A stretch of 63,692 nucleotides of DNA, filler included, from Licmophora abbreviata (Eukaryota): assembly GCA_900291995.1 (NCBI GenBank). It is 9 parts of 9 records of this genome, joined end to end, with 100 filler letters (N's around TTAATTAATTAA, not from the genome) between each part and the next. Parts side by side here need not be neighbours in the genome. Positions count along the whole stretch, not along the records: positions 1 to 31,762 come from OLMU01003961.1; 8 more parts are not named here. One strand, given 5' to 3'. Positions 1-12,470 of this stretch are shown piece after piece (position 1 is the stretch's first letter; every line of letters begins with the position of its first letter). Under the pieces are notes generated by a model that was not told the origin of the DNA, made no database searches, and was given only the letters and a program-made list of their open reading frames with translations. A program made the position numbers and the translations under genes.

Positions 1-32
1 CGCGGAGGCCCCTTGCCCCGCTTTGAACTCGT

Positions 33-293
33 ATGGGGGCATTCTACAGTCACAAAGGTAATTCAGCACCCACAGATACACATAAACACAGCGAGAACAC
101 ACAAGAAAGACTAGACAAGGCGCTGTTGGACAATCAAAGCATCGACGACCTGCTGACTGACTGCACCGTGGAAGACCTCAGCGCTTTCTTTTTCAAAGGC
201 TGGTGCGACACAGCCGAAAAGCAAAAGTTATCAACGCACCCTGTAGAAGCATACGAACAAGAGTACTGGCGTAGAGAGGAGCAGATATTCTAG
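33..293 (+). CDS. Possible short ORF or terminal exon of an unknown gene
   Basis: 86-aa ORF with protein-like composition; no recognisable motif; in-frame stop just upstream. Confidence 0.2.
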   Translation: MGAFYSHKGNSAPTDTHKHSENTQERLDKALLDNQSIDDLLTDCTVEDLSAFFFKGWCDTAEKQKLSTHPVEAYEQEYWRREEQIF

Positions 294-509
294 CTGTGGC
301 GAATACCCGGCTCGCTCTTCTGGAATCGTCGTCTGTCCAACTTCCGTCGCTCAAGTTGAAGCCCAAAAGATACCCGGAGGACGAAAGATCGGCATTCACG
401 TAGCTTCTACGCATCTCGTCAGTACAAACACCATGACGTATGTGAAGTCTACCGAGCTGCGTATCTTCTGACCTCAATCAAAACTTGCTGTTTGTTGTTG
501 TCTTTGACC

Positions 510-1014
510 ATGATTGCCCGCGTCGCCGTTTTCTTTGCCATCCTTGTCGTTGCCGCGAATGCCTTCGTGGCACCGGCAAACCGTGTCGCAGGTGAGTTGG
601 AAAAGAAACTGGACGAAAAGAGAGCGAAAGCGCGGAGATCGACATCGGACTCGAACGACCCGATACTGCGTGAATCAGTGAATCGCCGTACTCTACTCGT
701 CGATGGGCACTCTGAGTCTCGGTTTTTCCTTGTGCTCCTTCAACTCTGGCGTGTCTGGTCAAAATAACTCACTCCGACACTCTCTCGTTCTGTTGTAAAT
801 CACAGTCTCATCTCCTGCATTCACGGCGCGTACGGTTCCTCCCAAGATGTCCCTTGACGGAGCCGCCGATATCGTTGTCAGCAATGTTGCCCAGAACTCC
901 AACCTGATTGCTTCCACCGTCGGCGACTTTGGCGGATACTTCTACCCCGTGCTCGGTCTTGCATCCCTGGCAGGCCTCATTCTCTTCTTGGCACCTCCTC
1001 TGGCGGACGAGTAA
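510..1014 (+). CDS. Small plastid-targeted single-TM thylakoid-type protein, 96 aa; join(510..591,806..1014)
   Basis: Signal peptide ending ANA-FV. Intron 592..805 (GTGAGT...CACAG) keeps the frame. C-terminus reads NLIASTVGDFGGYFYPVLGLASLAGLILFLAPPLADE*. Confidence 0.8.
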
Positions 1015-1553
1015 ATCAGTGAAAGTGTACTAGCCACTATCTTTTAGTATTAGAGATCACGTGGTATACGTTTGATTGAATCTTCTGGAAGCGTTGCGAC
1101 ATTGAAACTTGATCTCGGGGGCACGATGAGCAGCAGCAGCACACAAGTCATGTAATGAACGTTTTAGAGAGGAACAAGCTAACTTACCTTTTGCGAAGGG
1201 TGGGTACCAGTATCATTCGTGTAGGCTCTATCTCGTATCATATCGTACTTCATAGCCAGCTACAGGTACTGTAGTGTGTTTTGTGTACTTGTGCAATGTC
1301 CCAGTTCGTGGGAGAGTAGGTAGAGAGGGCAACGTGCAGCGACCGTCTCGTGGCCCAAGCAAGAATTGAGTTGATATGTACGACCCACTCTGGGTGGTAT
1401 TATTATTACGGCGAAGTACTCATTCATGTGATAGCAACCGTATCACCCAACTAGACTACAATGTCAATATGTACTGACCCTACCACGAAGTTCCATGTAT
1501 ATATATAATGCCAGGTGCACAAGTACGATAGTAACGGCCCAACTTTCCTACTT

Positions 1554-3036
1554 TTATACTGGTTGTGCTCCTGAACACTCGGCTACAAACTCGTCAATGG
1601 TCTGCACCATAGCATTTTGGTCAAAGTCGCCTGTAAAGACACAGTCTCCCAGCGGCCCCTTTAGAAGAATCAATCGAAGCTGTCCATTGGCAACCTTCTT
1701 ATCGACACTCATGAGCTTCAGGAACGTCTCGCGGTCCATAGGCGAGTCAACCGGTAGCTCAGTCGGAAGATTGGCACGATGCAGTATCGCATAGATGCGT
1801 TCGACCAAATCTGGTTCGATCCATCCTGTACGAGCACTCATGGTTGCCGCCATGGCTGTCCCAATAGCGACAGCCTCTCCATGCAACCAAGTGCCATATC
1901 CGGAACCATTTTCGATGGCATGTCCAAAGGTATGTCCCAAGTTGAGCGTCGCCCGCAGTCCCGCCTCCTTTTCATCCGCCTTGACAACCGCTGCCTTGTT
2001 CTCGCACGACCGCTTAATTGCAAACCGCAAGGCTTTGGGATCCCGCTGCAGTATTTCGTTCATGTGTTCTTCTTGCCATTCAAAGAAGTCCGAATCTCGA
2101 ATCAAACCGTATTTGATAATTTCGCTGATACCCGACTGCAACTCCCGATCGGGCAGCGTCCCCAAGGTATCCGTATCGACAAAGACACACTGCGGCTGAT
2201 GGAAGGCTCCTACCATGTTCTTTCCGAGTGGATGGTTGACTCCCGTTTTGCCTCCGACGCTGCTATCGACCATGGCCATGACGGTGGTGGGCACTTGGAT
2301 GAAATTGACACCTCGTTGGTAGATTGCAGCCGCAAAGCCTACCATGTCTCCAATCACGCCGCCTCCGAGAGCCACAAAGGTGACCTTGCGATCCAAGGCC
2401 AGCTCCAAGGCCTTGTCCAATACTTGTCCCATTACTTCCATACTTTTGTTTTCTTCTCCATCAGGAAGTACAAGAGTCGACACATCCAATGCTGCTTTGT
2501 CATTATTTTGATGTGCAAAGAGCTTCTCGTAGCGTTCTAGGTACATGGGAGCAATCCGATCATTGGTAACGATAAGAACTTTGCTTCCGTGTACATGTGA
2601 CTGCAAGAGCGATGATGCTACGTTTCAAAAAATAGAAGATGCGTAAGCAAGTTCACAACAGTGGAATGAATCGATCGTGTCTTCGAAGCTTGTTATCATA
2701 CAAAATTAAAGGACACTTCAGGATCATACTGTAGAGACTATGCTAACACGTACCTTCCTCGTCCGAGAATCCTGCTCCAATGTAGATTGGATAGTCCCGT
2801 CCATCGGCCAGGTCGACCTTCACAACGTCATAGTCGGTTGAAATCGTTGTCGATGACAGCAAGGACGTGGAAGACATGCCAGGCGTCGTCGCTCTTCTCG
2901 AGGCCGTCGGGGTCGTTTTCGAAACACCGGTCCAAGGAACAAATGCTGCAGCACGACCAAAGTTACAGTTCAGATGGCCTGCCATCATCATTATCTCCGC
3001 AGCCCACAGAGAGCTGAGTATTCTGACGAGTCTCAT
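1554..3036 (-). CDS. aroB: 3-dehydroquinate synthase, plastid-targeted; exons 3036..2754 and 2617..1554
   Basis: LPDGEENKS, ALGGGVIGDMVGF, DSSVGGKTGVN and LNLGHTFGHAIE motifs; presequence with AAA-FVP; GT-AG intron 2753..2618. Confidence 0.96.
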
Positions 3037-3269
3037 TTTGAACAATGATGATGATTTAGAGTTCAAGTCTAATTTGAAGTTCAGCGTCTCTCGCAACATA
3101 TTATCTCATCGTCCGCGTGAGCGGATTGCGAATTTGGAATTTGAAGTTTTGGGCGCTCGTCAAAATGAAGGGCCAGGATGCGTTGGGTTATGAGACTGTC
3201 CACTCTGCGACTTTTTCACTTTTTCGCTCGTCGCGCGCCCACAATTTCTTGAACGACGACAATGGCAAG

Positions 3270-5603
3270 ATGGCATCATCCTCGCCCACGCTCTGTCCTG
3301 GACGACGTCAGCCTCGTCGTTGTCTAGCTTCGTGGGCAGTAGTAGGTGTACTGTTTCTGCTCGTTGTACTAGTCGTATGCGATGAAACGGGCGAAAAAGA
3401 AGCAAACGCCGGCGCGATCGATCCATCGTCCACCGAGTCATTGTCCAACAAAGTTGACAATAACGACAGCAACAGTACGGCAGAGGCCTTTCTTCCCGTT
3501 CATGTGTTAAAGGAAGAAGACGGGATTTTAGTATTGACACAAGGTACGACGAAAATCGCAAGGCAGGATGTGAAACTAGGGTGCCTAGTACAAGGACGTC
3601 TGGTGTCTACTGTGTCAATTTCGAATTCACTCACTCTCCAAATTCGACGTCTAAATTGCTTCTTTTTCATTCTTTCAGTCGAACACATTCCTGATGCACT
3701 CAAACTAGACAATAGTCCATTACTGCTAGTGGCGTTATACTCACCGACATGCTCGCATAGCATGACTCTCTTGGCTAAACTGGAAGAGGTTGCCGTCCGC
3801 GTCAATCTGTATGTCGAGTCGCTACTCCAAGTGTCATCGTCATCATTAGACGATGACACTGACGGCGATGCAACAGTACTATTGCCGCCCCGTATTGCCA
3901 AACTGGACGCGACACGACTCGAGGCATCGTGGATGAAAACATTGCATATTGAGTCCTATCCCACCTTGCTGTGGTTCATCCCCTCCGATACTGCCGCTGC
4001 TGACAACACTGAAGAAAAAAGTAAGGACGACGACGACGACGTCTGGATGATGGACTATGCTGGTCTGCAATCGACGACCGATGACTTGTATCACACTATT
4101 CTTCACGCGTGGTATCGCACAGTCTTTGGGACAGTGTGGGCCGTACCCTCCACCGCAATGATGGACGAACTGCTCTATCGTCACGGACCAGGACTCTTTC
4201 GGCACGTGTCTCCTCCAATTCATCCAGACTTTACTAGGCAGGAACGTGAAACGATTGCATGGCTCATGGATACAGACAGCCATAACAATAAGAAGGAGAA
4301 GGGCGGGGATGAATCAGATCCATTTGTCGTCTTTGTACAATGTCGTCGTCGACAACATGGTGGAGGAATAAATGACGACGCTGACACTCCCGTGGGACAG
4401 GATTCCTACGATGCCGCGGCGGATTCGATTTCGACGCGACGCGATGTGGTCTTTTTCTCCGTGGAACACAATGATGATGATCATGATTGTGGGGACCAAG
4501 ACTTGTTTGCAACGACTGACACGGTGGCAATTCTGGTTCCGTCTCACAGTGGTAATTGGAAGAGGCACTGGCGACAAAATGCCGTAGTACGACATCGTCA
4601 ACAGGACACTACGTCGATACAACAATTTATCGAAGTTTATTCGACGCCGTCGCTACTTTGGTTTGACCGCGTCAGCGTCGCACCGATTGCCTTTGCCGCA
4701 TATCGCAAGGTCCACGCAGTCTTGTTTGTTCCGCTCGCTGCCGAAGATGAAAACGGTGGCGTAAAGACTTCCATTCGCATGTTTCGAAAAGCTTGTCAAT
4801 CACAAAAGCGACAAGGAACGGGGTTAGTGTGTCTAGTTGTACCGCATACGGAAACTCGAATCATGACGACGTTCGGCATGGACATTTGGACGCCGCTTGA
4901 TGCACTGACAGTGTCGTCCGACTCAAAAGAAGAGAATGTGTCATCGATCTTGCCAGCACTAATGGTGACGGATCAGCGGGACGATGGCACTCTCAAGTAC
5001 TACATGAATGCCACTTCCATTGAGGAGGACCCATCTGCTATCGACGCGTTTCTCGATTACTTTTGGCAAGGGCGTCTTTCTCCTTTTGTTCGTTCGATCA
5101 AGGAACCTTTGCGTCGTAACAAGAGCAACGTTCAGATTATCACGGGAGACACGTTTCGTCCTGCAGTCTTGGATACGACAGACAAGCACACACTACTGTT
5201 GATGTTTGCGCCATCGTGTGGTCACTGCAAACGGTTCTCGGTTCTGTGGAACACACTGTCTCGTCTTATCCATCGCATGAAGTGGGACGCTTTTCTTGAT
5301 CTAGCCAAGATGGATGTAACACAAAATGCAGTTATTACGAAAGAGTTGCATCTTGACGTGGATGAAGTCCCGGATGTCTACTACTTTCCGCGAGGAGACG
5401 AGAAACACAAGCCGGTGCGTTATGACGTGCGTGACGAGTTTGGTGATGGGGCAGGAAGGCTGAGTGATCCTCTCGATATCATAAACTGGTTGTTGGATAT
5501 AGCTCATGATCCGCAACTAAGCGAGGAAGCGCTGCTGCGCTTGTTGGAAGCGGCACCCGAAGAGACGGGCGATCAACAGGAAGCACAAGAAGCAGAGCAA
5601 TAG
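3270..5603 (+). CDS. Protein disulfide isomerase-like multi-thioredoxin protein; probable in-frame intron 3544..3678
   Basis: N-terminal hydrophobic segment, first Trx-like domain YSPTCSHS...IESYPTL, C-terminal FAPSCGHCKRF; 135-nt GTACGA...TTTCAG segment looks intronic. Confidence 0.8.
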   Translation: MASSSPTLCPGRRQPRRCLASWAVVGVLFLLVVLVVCDETGEKEANAGAIDPSSTESLSNKVDNNDSNSTAEAFLPVHVLKEEDGILVLTQGTTKIARQDVKLGCLVQGRLVSTVSISNSLTLQIRRLNCFFFILSVEHIPDALKLDNSPLLLVALYSPTCSHSMTLLAKLEEVAVRVNLYVESLLQVSSSSLDDDTDGDATVLLPPRIAKLDATRLEASWMKTLHIESYPTLLWFIPSDTAAADNTEEKSKDDDDDVWMMDYAGLQSTTDDLYHTILHAWYRTVFGTVWAVPSTAMMDELLYRHGPGLFRHVSPPIHPDFTRQERETIAWLMDTDSHNNKKEKGGDESDPFVVFVQCRRRQHGGGINDDADTPVGQDSYDAAADSISTRRDVVFFSVEHNDDDHDCGDQDLFATTDTVAILVPSHSGNWKRHWRQNAVVRHRQQDTTSIQQFIEVYSTPSLLWFDRVSVAPIAFAAYRKVHAVLFVPLAAEDENGGVKTSIRMFRKACQSQKRQGTGLVCLVVPHTETRIMTTFGMDIWTPLDALTVSSDSKEENVSSILPALMVTDQRDDGTLKYYMNATSIEEDPSAIDAFLDYFWQGRLSPFVRSIKEPLRRNKSNVQIITGDTFRPAVLDTTDKHTLLLMFAPSCGHCKRFSVLWNTLSRLIHRMKWDAFLDLAKMDVTQNAVITKELHLDVDEVPDVYYFPRGDEKHKPVRYDVRDEFGDGAGRLSDPLDIINWLLDIAHDPQLSEEALLRLLEAAPEETGDQQEAQEAEQ

Positions 5604-6246
5604 CGTTACAAACCAGCTAGCTAGTTTGGTCTCTCACTGTCGATTTCGGCGTCAGTCTTAGTGACGACAGAAGCTGAAGGCGTCCTGGATCATTGTGTCG
5701 CGGCAGATTGTACCGGTACAGCTACAAGGTTTGGGTAGAACATAGTTTTGTAAAAAGTGAATCGTCGTTTCGCCGCCATGGTTCCCGTTCCAAACACGCA
5801 AGCCCCGTTCCAAGCCCACAATGACTGCGAAAGAAACTCGGACAGGTAGACTATTCATATGATATTTGGAAAACCAGTAGACCCCTGCTACCCGCAAGTA
5901 GACTACTTGTAGGCCCATGATCCCAACTTAGGGCTGAGAGGGGGGGGGGGGGCATTTTACTGGAGCTTGGGGCTCGAAACATGGTCTACAAAGAAAGCGA
6001 CATGCGAACGAGCGACACCACGTAGGAGAGTACCTGAAATGGCCGAATATGACATGTCGCAGACATTTCTCTGGTTAACAAAATTCACCTTAACTGTTAA
6101 ACAATCATTGCAATTCATTGAGGAGGACTGCTCGTCTACAATCTTTCGTCGGTCCCCATGGCGAAATAAGTTCTGATGCCTCCCCGGGTCCTACATACCA
6201 CATTGAAGGCCCGAACGGCGAAGAAAGTTAGCTAGAAGACGCTTGC

Positions 6247-6732
6247 ATGGTTCATATGGGCCTGAGCACCGCCAGAAGCGCGTCGCAAACGGTGAAGAGC
6301 CCCTCCATGCCATTGCGTAAGAGAAGTTCGGGAAGACTTCTCCAAGTGTCTTTTGGATCCGTGCAGATTCGAGACTACGCCATGACTCTCGGGGACAATC
6401 CCTCTTGCTCATACGGTGCACCAGTTCAGCTTGACTGGATCTACAATGAAAGAGCAAGTCAAGAGTTAGATGACTACGAGGCTACTCGACCCAAGCGTCG
6501 TACGATGTGCCAGATGGTCCTGAACTACTACATGCGATGCGACATTCTCGAAGCGGCGGGAGTCCCTAACAGCGATATTCGTAGGGCCCAAGCAAAGGTG
6601 AACCGGGCGAAACGTCAGCGAAATACGACGCAGTTCTTTACGCCCGCGAACCTTGTGGGCGAATCAGTTCGAGGCGCGGGTACCAAACTCAAGAGCGTCT
6701 TTCGCAAGAAGAGGACGACCGAACCTCAGTGA
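6247..6732 (+). CDS. Hypothetical protein of a family common in diatoms (V-S-F...I-R-x-Y...LGDNPSCSxGxPVxLDW)
   Basis: Motif SFGSVQIRDYAMTLGDNPSCSYGAPVQLDW, recalled from diatom hypothetical proteins. Confidence 0.75.
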   Translation: MVHMGLSTARSASQTVKSPSMPLRKRSSGRLLQVSFGSVQIRDYAMTLGDNPSCSYGAPVQLDWIYNERASQELDDYEATRPKRRTMCQMVLNYYMRCDILEAAGVPNSDIRRAQAKVNRAKRQRNTTQFFTPANLVGESVRGAGTKLKSVFRKKRTTEPQ

Positions 6733-7332
6733 ATGGACGATTTTTAGCTATGCAAACCGTTTAGATGTCCTGCAGCTCCTTTGATGATGTAAATTAGATG
6801 ATTTTGATTGTAACGTGTTCAGAGTATCAGCTTTGCGACATAGACCATGGCCGATAGTGCCGTGCGCTTCCCCACGTCTTGTTCCTGCTACTACAATTGG
6901 GATATGCATGTCGATGCACCGTTGTCCAGGGGCCTGATCATTTGCTACTGTGCACAACTGAAGGGGGTGAAAGTGTCGCGTTGCCTCTTTGCTTCTTTAG
7001 ATTCGATTCACCCAAATCTCTGTACAAGGTACCGGTGATGGTTACATAGTCGAACCCGGATGTAGAAGATGTCAGGCGCGGCAAAGTTGAAAGTTCGAAA
7101 GGAAATGGGCGACCATGATAGTTGCACACACAGCGGCTCAGTGGCAGACAGACCTCCCCCGTCTTCTTGATAGTCTCTGCATCGCAGACGGAAACTCTGG
7201 CCGACTGCAGCCCTTATGAATCGTAGGAGGTTGTTCCAGTGACTGAATTGACCTCGTTTCGCGAGAAAGAGCCATCGAGTGCCTGGATACCGGTACCACC
7301 CGACACACCCCATCACCGCCACGATCTTCGTC

Positions 7333-10300
7333 ATGAACGCCAACGCTTCTAATTTCGATCCGAGCGCAGGCTCCAGGAGGCAATCCCATGGGACATTCTA
7401 TCCATCGAATACCACGGGCGGAGCTCAATTCTATGTTGACAGTCAGGCGGATCACTACGACACTGCTGCTGGAGGGGCAATGGATCAGAACCAGCAATAC
7501 CATCAACACGGATCCCATCAGAATGAAGGCTTCCCACCGCAGTTTTCGATGGGAGAAGAGTATCAAAGCCAGTCATCATATTCTGAGTGGGGTCGACTTG
7601 AAGCGTCTCCTGGCTACTTTTATCCCACAGCCCACTTGGCGCCGCAGCTGTACGGCGCCCCCATTAGCGCCTTGTCGTACGATGATCAGTATACGGCAAT
7701 ATACGTGGCGTCGCACACGCAGTCGTCCTCAGAACGACGACTCGGTCATCGGGCCTCCATGCTCGTAACGCATAACACACTGGACGGTATGCTTTACTCG
7801 TCGTGCGCGGGACATCCCGAGGTCACTGCGAGTTCTCTCAGTTCTGTCTATGAGACTTTCTTTGGCGGTGGGGGCACTTCCAGTCCGAAGCCGTCCAAGC
7901 TCCCCCCTCATGCCTACCGACCTCCTTACGGCGAAAACCTTAATGCAGGATTCGGGGTACAGTCGTTCCATTTGGGAATCACGACGCTGCTTCCGTTCAA
8001 GGGGTATGCGGCATCGGTCTCGCCATCGGCCGTACGGGTGCACAGTCATGGTGGGCTCTGTATGAGCGACCACGAGATTGAGGGCATGGTTTGTGGAACG
8101 CCCCACCCTAATCATAATGACAGCATGGCACATGTATCGGTGGGAGGCATGGCTCTGGGATCGTACAAGGCGCACGTCCACTGCATGGATGTATACCAGG
8201 GACTGCGTATCATTTCGTCCAATAGCTTCCGATCCGAGTCAGAGAGTAGGGCGATGGGAGTCATGAGCCTCGCAACGAACTATCACAAACAAACCATTGT
8301 CGCTGGCTGTTCCGATGGTACAATTAGGCTGTTGGATGGCTCGTGGCGAAAGCGTGGAGGCAGCGAACTCGCGAAAATAAAGAGCCACAGCGGTGGTGTG
8401 ACGAATGTCGCCGTGTCGCAGGATGGCAATCTCATGTGCACCACGGGCTTTGCGTCGCGACCGTCGGCATCGGTTGGAACCACGCCATACGCCTATCCCG
8501 ATCAGCACGTACTTCTGTACGACGTCCGATACTTGGGTCGTGGTGGAGTTGTACATTCATTTTCTGGTATACGAGGCGGCCCCCGCTTCATTTCCTTCCT
8601 CCCTGACGTACAGAGCCAACCGTCGAACCGAATTCTAGTGGCAAGCGGCCAAAAAGAAGGCGGGATGCAGATCATTGTACCTTTCGACCAAGCGAATGAC
8701 GATCCAGCGAGCTTTCTGATGCCTCAACTTTCTCCTGGAGAATCCATTACAGCAATGCACGTGTCCGACGATCGCCTAGCTCTTGGAACATCTCAGAGCA
8801 ACGTTCTGCAATACGAGCTAAGGGGGTTCGACAAGAGTACTCTCTACGAGAAAGATCCTCTTGTTGTACCAAGTTATACGCCTGAGAGGCCTGCAGTATC
8901 GATACCTCCTTCGATGCTTCGATCTTTCGACCCGGGCGTTCGCGCCGGAGCAAACGAACAGATGAAGTCAATTTTCTCTTCGTACCTTCTCTGCGCAAAC
9001 CCTGCCGTGTCCAACACAGACAAGGCCAGAATGGGGACTAGTGCTTTTGTTCAGTCGGCCCAAAGAGTTCTGGTGGCCTCGAGTAAGCGGAACGTATCCG
9101 AAAAGCTGACGAGCGTGGCTGTCCGCCACGAAGGTGATTTCTTGGCCACTGTGCCGGTTTCCAATTTCGATGTCGATTTGTTGGCGAAGCATGACAGCTC
9201 TCGACAAAAGGAGGAGATAAGGCCTCTACTGAACCCAAACAAGCTACTTTACTCCAAATTACTTGCAGAACTATGTTACGATGACGATGCGAATCGAAAA
9301 CAAATCGGAAGGGGGAAGACGCGTCACAACCAGAATTCAACCGTTGGATTGGTGAGTTCGAGCCATTTAGATCGTCAAGCCACACTGGAATGCATCTTCC
9401 TCACCTGTTTGGTTTCGTCCCACAGAATAGCGGCAGTGGCACAGAAGAAACCCTGATACCGAGTCGGTATCGTTTGACACTGCGTCCCTCGTTCGTAGCC
9501 GGGTCACACTTCGATCACGCGGAACACAACGATACCGGTCTGTGGCCGGGATGGGACTATTCCCTCTTCATGCCAAACTCATACGTCGTGGGGGTACTGG
9601 TAATGCTTTATTTTGAGCCCCAGGTCAGATCGGCTATGATTGTTTCTGCCAGTGAAAAGGGTGAGTTACAACGGTGATAATGGCGTTGGTTAAGTCGCCT
9701 GATACCTTTCTCATATCGTCTTTATGTTTCCATTTCCAGCCTCATCGATGAGCATGGAGCTTGGATTCCTATTTCATCAAATTGAAAGCATGTCTCGCTA
9801 TGCCTTGGTGCATCCGGGTGAAAATCTAAGTCCGCGCATCGGCGCCATGACTCCCGCCAACTTCATCACTTCGTTTGCTGTCATGCCCGAAGCCGAAGCC
9901 CTGGCACTCGTCGATGGATCTCCCGAGGCTGTTGATAGGGCTCGTCGTCCCGAGGCATTCTACAGGTTTCTCCTGCATCACTTGGACAAAGAACTTTCCG
10001 GAAAGAAGAACGCCGACTCCGGCAAGCTTCTCGACTCTCTGCATGGACTGAACTTCGTCAGTGCGAACGAATTCATTACAGGGTCGAGCCCGCCGACTAT
10101 GTCGTCGCAACGACACTTGACTGTGACTTTGGCTTACGAACCTTTCTTGAGAAACAATTCAACGCATCCTTCGTTTGGGGAAGTTCTCCAGCACGCCCTC
10201 TGTCGAGAGACACGGCTTCGTGCTTGGAGCTCTGTCGCGAAAGCATACGAAACGATTGTGCAGCGTAAGATCGTTACTTCGTTGCCATATGTGCTGTCAC

Positions 10301-11944
10301 TGTCGTGTGCTTGCGCGGGGAGGAAAGAAGAGGAGGGATTGTCAATCTGGCGAGGTTCTGGTGGGTCTGACAAATCACACTGGCTACCAGAGAGTGTAGA
10401 GGTCGAAATGCAGAAAGATGGGAACGTGACCGTTCGGGAGCTTGTTAAAGAGGAATCGGGCGAAGAGATTTGGAGGACAATTCAAGGGAAGTCGAGCATT
10501 CCTTCAGATGTAGCAAAACTCGTGTCCGAGGAACAACATGGGTCTTCAAGGCGAAGGTATCGACTTGATGCCGTCCTTTCGTTTGTTCGAGACGAAATGG
10601 ACCCGGCTGTCGAGGAGCAGCTCGATGCTTGGTCTACTGATAGGAGCAAGGGACATCACGTACTGCACGTACGACAGCCGTCTACCTACAAACGGCTCGC
10701 CCTGCAGAAGCAAGTTGGGGAAGCGGAACGCCTTGCGAATGAGAAGGGAGCCGATTCTACTGTAGACCGATGGACTCTCACTGCAAAGACGGGCGGAGAA
10801 GTATTTCGCAAGCGAGCTGAGAGAGTGGCGGAGCAACTAGCTTCGTGGTCCAGCGAGGAATCATCGGGAGACGATTGGGTCATATTCAATGGGTTTGTCG
10901 TCTCCAAGACTGTGGTTGAAGACGCCAGAGCCTTTCACGTCCCGTTCAAGGAACCTAGTCTAGTTGTATTTCGAGCCATTGACGCTGATGAGGTCAGTGC
11001 TATAGGCCGACGCAAGAAGAAACCGGAGGAGACGTTGACAGAGCGACCACATCTGCCCCCAGCGGTATTGCAGACACGTTCTCTTTCGACCGGCGAACAC
11101 TCGTCCTATGCGGTCATGCTTTCAAGCGGTAAGTAGTATTCTCTCCGCGTGCTCTGCTTGGGATTAAGCTTTCGCGTTAACAACGGCCGTTTCGTTTGCA
11201 GAACTTCCTGGGAAGGGTGACTTGGTCGCATTCGATGCCGAGTTCGTATCACTTCAAGAAGAAGAGTCAGTGTTAACGGACGCTGGATCCAAGGTGACGG
11301 CTCGTGAGATGCGTTACGCTCTGGCACGCATCTCGATTCTATCCTGCGCCACCCGGAAGATTCTCATTGACGATCATGTTCTGCCGCGAGAGCCAGTGGT
11401 CGACTATCTGACGCGCTTCAGTGGTATCGTGGAGGGCGACTTGGACCCAAAGACAAGTCCTCACCATCTCATTTCGACTCGTAGCGCTTACCTCAAGCTA
11501 CGCTTTCTGCAAGAAAGGTAAAAGCAATGGGTTTTTTTGTTTACTGTTCTTATCATGGGATAAAGTGTCTCACGGTGTTTTCTGCTGTCATCTTGCTATC
11601 GACGGTCCCGCAGAGGATGTATTTTTGTGGGTCACGGTCTAAGTCAGGACTTTCTCACCGCCAATCTGTATGTACCGCCAAGTCAGATTATCGACACGGT
11701 GGAACTCTACCACAAGCGCAACATGCGATATGTATCGCTGCGGTTCCTGACGAATTTTGTTTTGAAACGCGACATGCAGCAAGACGTACACGACTCGGTG
11801 GAGGACGCCCGGGCTGCGTACGAGTTGTTGCAGAAAGCGCAGGAATTTGAAGCGAGCGGGACGTTTGAACAGGTCTTAACAGACCTTTACGAGTATGGTC
11901 AGAAGACAGACTGGAAATTAGGAGTTGACGAGGAGGACGAGTGA
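7333..11944 (+). CDS. PAN2: PAN2 poly(A) deadenylase catalytic subunit; join(7333..9351,9426..9660,9740..11128,11202..11517,11614..11944)
   Basis: WD40-like N-terminus, pseudo-UCH middle (PNSY...), DEDDh exonuclease VAFDAEFV...VVDYLTRFSGI...FVGHGL...HDSVEDA; four phase-consistent GT-AG introns. Confidence 0.93.
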
Positions 11945-12242
11945 ACTATGGGATCGGCTGCAGAGTGCGGCTCGCTCAAGCTGTCTTTCAGGGGACTGAC
12001 TCTTCGAGTAGTACTTCGCTATGGGTTTTTCATCTGTGGATACCACGGTGCTGATCTCGACAATTGTCTATAATTCTGAGAGTAGGTTCAAGGTTTCTAT
12101 TTACAAATCTACGGTGATTCTATTCAAGACAGGCTTGGCGGGAAAACACGTTCAAAAATAACAAATAACGATGCGAGCGTGTTTCGAGCTCAGCAGACCT
12201 CGCCGTTGTCGTGCCAAAGAAGTCGTCGCGGAATTTCAGTCC

Positions 12243-12470
12243 TCACTGCAAGGACGACGAGGATACCATGGAAGAATAACGTCTTCTATGGTAGGAGGAA
12301 TAGCGCTTGACTCCTTGTAATTCTGATTGTCCACTGCCGACGCTGTTTACGTCTGTTCGTTCGTTGGCATCGCGGTCGTGAGGAGTCTTGCCAGGAGACG
12401 TCGCGACGTACAGAATGATACTCGTTCCAACCAGCGCGCCGACTTGCGTTGCCAATGATTCCAAGGTCAT
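12243..12470 (-). CDS. Possible small protein with N-terminal hydrophobic segment
   Basis: 75-aa ATG-initiated ORF, hydrophobic VGALVGTSIILYVA, Ser/Arg-rich tail; fills the gap between PAN2 and the PDZ gene. Confidence 0.4.
   Translation of the reverse strand: MTLESLATQVGALVGTSIILYVATSPGKTPHDRDANERTDVNSVGSGQSELQGVKRYSSYHRRRYSSMVSSSSLQ

Noticed and set aside
492..767. 91-aa ORF as listed in the ORF track
   Set aside because: Reads through intron 592..805; the spliced model is far more coherent
5940..5952. Poly-G tract (another at about 20509-20521) as a G-quadruplex regulatory element
   Set aside because: Simple homopolymers of unreliable length in an indel-prone assembly; no further support
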